Below, in pieces: positions 60,979 to 64,000 of a stretch of 64,000 nt of DNA (position 1 is the stretch's first letter; the number at the start of each line of letters is the position of its first letter). Origin of the DNA: Dicyema japonicum (lineage: Eukaryota > Animalia > Dicyemida); assembly GCA_011109175.1 (NCBI GenBank), contig RDEW01000017.1, positions 496,001 through 560,000 on the forward strand, given 5' to 3'. A model generated the notes under the pieces. It saw only the letters and a program-made list of their open reading frames with translations, searched no databases and was not told the DNA's origin. A program made the translations under genes and the position numbers.

Positions 60979-62947
60979 CTAATCATTCTGCAGATTCTTA
61001 ATAAATGGATTATCTTTCACAGCACCTTCCTCCCTTATTTTTCTAACTTTCTTCACCTACAACCATGTACACACTACAACAAACCTTTCCTTGATCACAT
61101 TCATCATAAGTTTTCTTCACTCTCTTGTGACTATACAGACTGCTCTTACCACCATTCCACTCACTCACTACTTAAATAATTACACACAAAACCGTCATTG
61201 GAAGTCAAATATGACAACACATCTTCGTTCGGAGTCCCCGAAATTCTTTCTCGATTTTCAGTCATAGGACGCCAATTAAAAGGGGTATATTTGAATTGAG
61301 CGACATTTCAGAGCTATTTTTGTTGCCCTTATTTCGTGGTATATTTGATGATTTGCCCTCGTTTGATTCAGGGTTCTTATTCTCATCATTTTTTACATTG
61401 ACGTCCTTTGGAAGACAATCTTGAGCAGCACATTTATCCCTAGTCTGCATTTTACGAGCCTTTCTAAGGTGGAAAAACTCATTGGGTTTGCCAGTTTTAA
61501 TATACAGCAAAATGTACGCCTGGGAGAACAGAACCTGGTTAATACCAACCAGGGATATCTAAATGTCTTCACAGCCTCAAACTTGATCATCATCTGCCTT
61601 CTGCCAGACTCCTGTGGGCGACTTTATATAGGCGATATAGTGTCCGGACCGAGGAGAAGATCCATGGTGGACGATAACGGCATAAAGATCATAATAGCAG
61701 GGTCTGGGAAAAGTGAGGTAGGAATTCAAGTCGAGACTGGCTGAAATTTGGACTTGTTTATTGATCTTCTGGAAGTAATCATTTTTTATCAGTTCAAACC
61801 CGAATAAACCACAAAAGTACCTCTTTAGGTGGACAATTAGCACATTGGGGGGTTCACGCAATGTAAGAGTCTTTATAGCCTCACTGGTTTTATCACACCT
61901 TGAATATAGATTGAGATTACTTTGAGCAGAAATAAGAGTTCTGATTATCCAGCAGTTCGGGGGAAGTGAACCTTCTGAGAGCATGCTCAATGGTCGAGTC
62001 CTAACATTAGTAAAGGAGTACTTTTATCTCCAAGGATAGGTCGAGGAAGAAATCAAGGGTCATAGAAGTATTATTGCACTTTAAGCACTTTACTACAATA
62101 AGATAGAGAAAAACTAGAGCTTTGAAGGTATCCTCCAAATATTCGATAAATTATATCTGAGTACTCACTCTTTGAATCCAAACTATAATTAATAAATTTA
62201 ATATAAAAAAGGTTTAAAAAATTTTTAAATTAATTTAAAAATAACTTTTTAAAAGCAGAAATGGACGAGGTGTGCATACACTCTATAACAGCGAGAAGGA
62301 ATTCGTGGGCGTCCTCCTGCCTATTAGGCATCAGATTTGAAGATATTTCTGCATGGATGACATAAAAATTACTGAAAATATTGTTTATGATATTTTGGGG
62401 GTAAAACAATGTGTTCTTCTTGGCCTTTGAGATGGCAAAGTTTGAGTAATTCTTCATCTCACACAACATGCAAAAATTTCCTCGTATTTCGCCTAGTTAA
62501 CCAAATAAAATAGATTTTAATACACTTGTGGCTTGTTTTTCATAATATAGTTCACAATCGGTGGGGTGGACTGTAAACATTGCAACACAGAATTGATGTA
62601 GCAGGTATTTCTGTAGTTCATAAGTCCACACACAATGTTCTCTTTTACGTCATATTCCAAACGCAAGTCGTAGATAGTGTTTACTAGTCTCAAGTTGGTT
62701 TGTTTTTTCTTCTTTTCTTTCACAATGCCTGAAAATTTAAATTTAATAAACTTCCATCGCCTAGGTCTACTACACGTGGGTAGATTTTAGTGAGGGAAGA
62801 GGCTTTGAATTCTTCGTCTGGACTGGCCTCTGTGAATTCGATTGTAATGTTTGAGTAAATTGTATGGTGAGACTTTATGGGTTTGGTTGGTTTATCTCTT
62901 ATTTCTGCTTTTAAGAATTTATCTAAGGATGTTTCCATCATTCTCAT
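60979..62947 (-). CDS. USP36: Ubiquitin carboxyl-terminal hydrolase 36 (USP36/42 family, multi-exon)
   Basis: Cys box GLMNYRNTCYINSVLQCL, FCMLCEM, RQEDAHEFL, His box YDLYAVIVHHG..SGHYIAY; N-terminal IEFTEAS and C-terminal YDECDQGK|VKKVRK..NPF typical of USP36. Confidence 0.85.
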
Positions 62948-63739
62948 GCACGTATCACCACGTGAACGAATTTTATTTAATGTAAATTAATATTAAATTA
63001 TTTTTATTATTTTAATTTATTTTTATTCATTTTTATTTAAATTATTTTTTAATTTTACTAAACTCAACCTATAATACCGCCCAAATTTTCATTTCTGAGT
63101 GCCTGAATTGTCAGGACCTGACGTGGACGTGGAGGATATCTGGTAGCGAATGTAACTTAAAGTAGGTTATATATTCTATACCTATTTAATATCAATAGAT
63201 TATTCAGGTTCGATAGTAAGTGTATCTGATCATTTCCTACATAGATTTCTACTGAGCCCTTGATACATGAGAAAGAAGTTGACGACTAGTTCCATGGTAC
63301 CAGATAGACAAGTCCTACCGAAGTCCATTAAGAACCAGAGGAAAGTAATTAAACTTTCATTTTTTGCAGTTGTAGGAGCTTCCCGGCATGATCCAATGGA
63401 GCTATAATTTTTTGTTATTATTGTAGTACTGGAATCACGTGTAGGTCACGTGATACCGCGTTAATTTAACAAAGGAAGAAATGGGCTGACCATGTTGTGT
63501 CACCAACCACACATGAAATTGAACTGATGGCTGATGTAGCTGATTTTTTCACCCAATTTGATCTGACCTCTAGTTTATTTAATTAAAATATACTTGAATC
63601 ATAAGTTTGCCACTCATAAATAAAATTGCTATTTAAATTAAATTTATTGAACCTGTCAGGTAAAAAAACCAAACTAATTTATATTCATTAACGTCAAAAA
63701 TAATTAAATTAATCTATGAAGTTTGAATGGACAGACTGT

Positions 63740-63980
63740 TTCCTCTGACAATAAGCATCGATAGTCTTCCTTAGATCCTTGGTGACCCTTTGGATCGTTG
63801 AGCCGATCCGATGGACTAGATCGTCCGCTTGTGGGCCAAGGATTCCTGACGTCTCAAAAGTAAATGATCCTCCGAAATGGTTCGGTGCTTCCTTCTCTTC
63901 TGATCCTCAACTTGCCTAGAAGCATGACCTGGGTTCGAAATTGAAGCGGTCGAAATTTTTCGGACATGTAGCGTCACAGA
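63740..63980 (-). mobile_element. CRE-like 3' fragment
   Basis: Reverse complement matches ~50250-50530 (gacgctac.tgt..ggtcatgctt..gaggatcaga.aaga..gagacgtcaggaatc..ggtcaccaaggatc). Confidence 0.8.
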
Positions 63981-64000
63981 AAAAAAATAAAAATTAAAAA

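Noticed and set aside
1560-62947. Alternative genetic code (stop reassignment) to explain the short ORFs
   Set aside because: Stops fall within GT-AG micro-introns or after frameshifts; spliced genes read in the standard code and end in TAA, TAG or TGA.

Overview
AT-rich animal genomic DNA, not prokaryotic. Genes are split by many 20-30 nt GT-AG introns, so the ORF track fragments them and misses SF3B5 and TMEM258 entirely. Micro-introns plus divergent metazoan genes best fit a dicyemid mesozoan (Dicyema-like); this is an inference. After manual splicing I recognise ANKRD42, a tetraspanin, PTRH2, SF3B5, LRRC34, a degenerate WIPI/Atg18, CDC73, Sbf (MTMR5/13), TMEM258, MRPL44, IK/RED, a nicotinic acetylcholine receptor alpha-type subunit, USP36 and one orphan gene. 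Intergenic space is filled with non-LTR retrotransposons (RTE-like, Jockey-like, I/Ingi-like, R4/Dong-like, CRE-like) and several short non-coding repeat families. Most interesting: (1) structured non-autonomous retroelements with 3' tails matching two resident LINEs (a tRNA-SINE with an RTE tail, and hairpin-headed non-tRNA elements with an I/Ingi-like tail), including a nested insertion with both target-site duplications (TSDs) intact; (2) an unexplained ~300 nt fold-back ncRNA candidate at 3.3-3.6 kb; (3) a recurrent inverted 5' junction in RTE copies; (4) altered ligand sites in the nAChR and the WIPI; (5) an operon-like SF3B5-LRRC34 pair. Frameshifts in conserved genes are most likely assembly errors. 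All calls are by eye; no searches were run, and boundaries of decayed elements are approximate.
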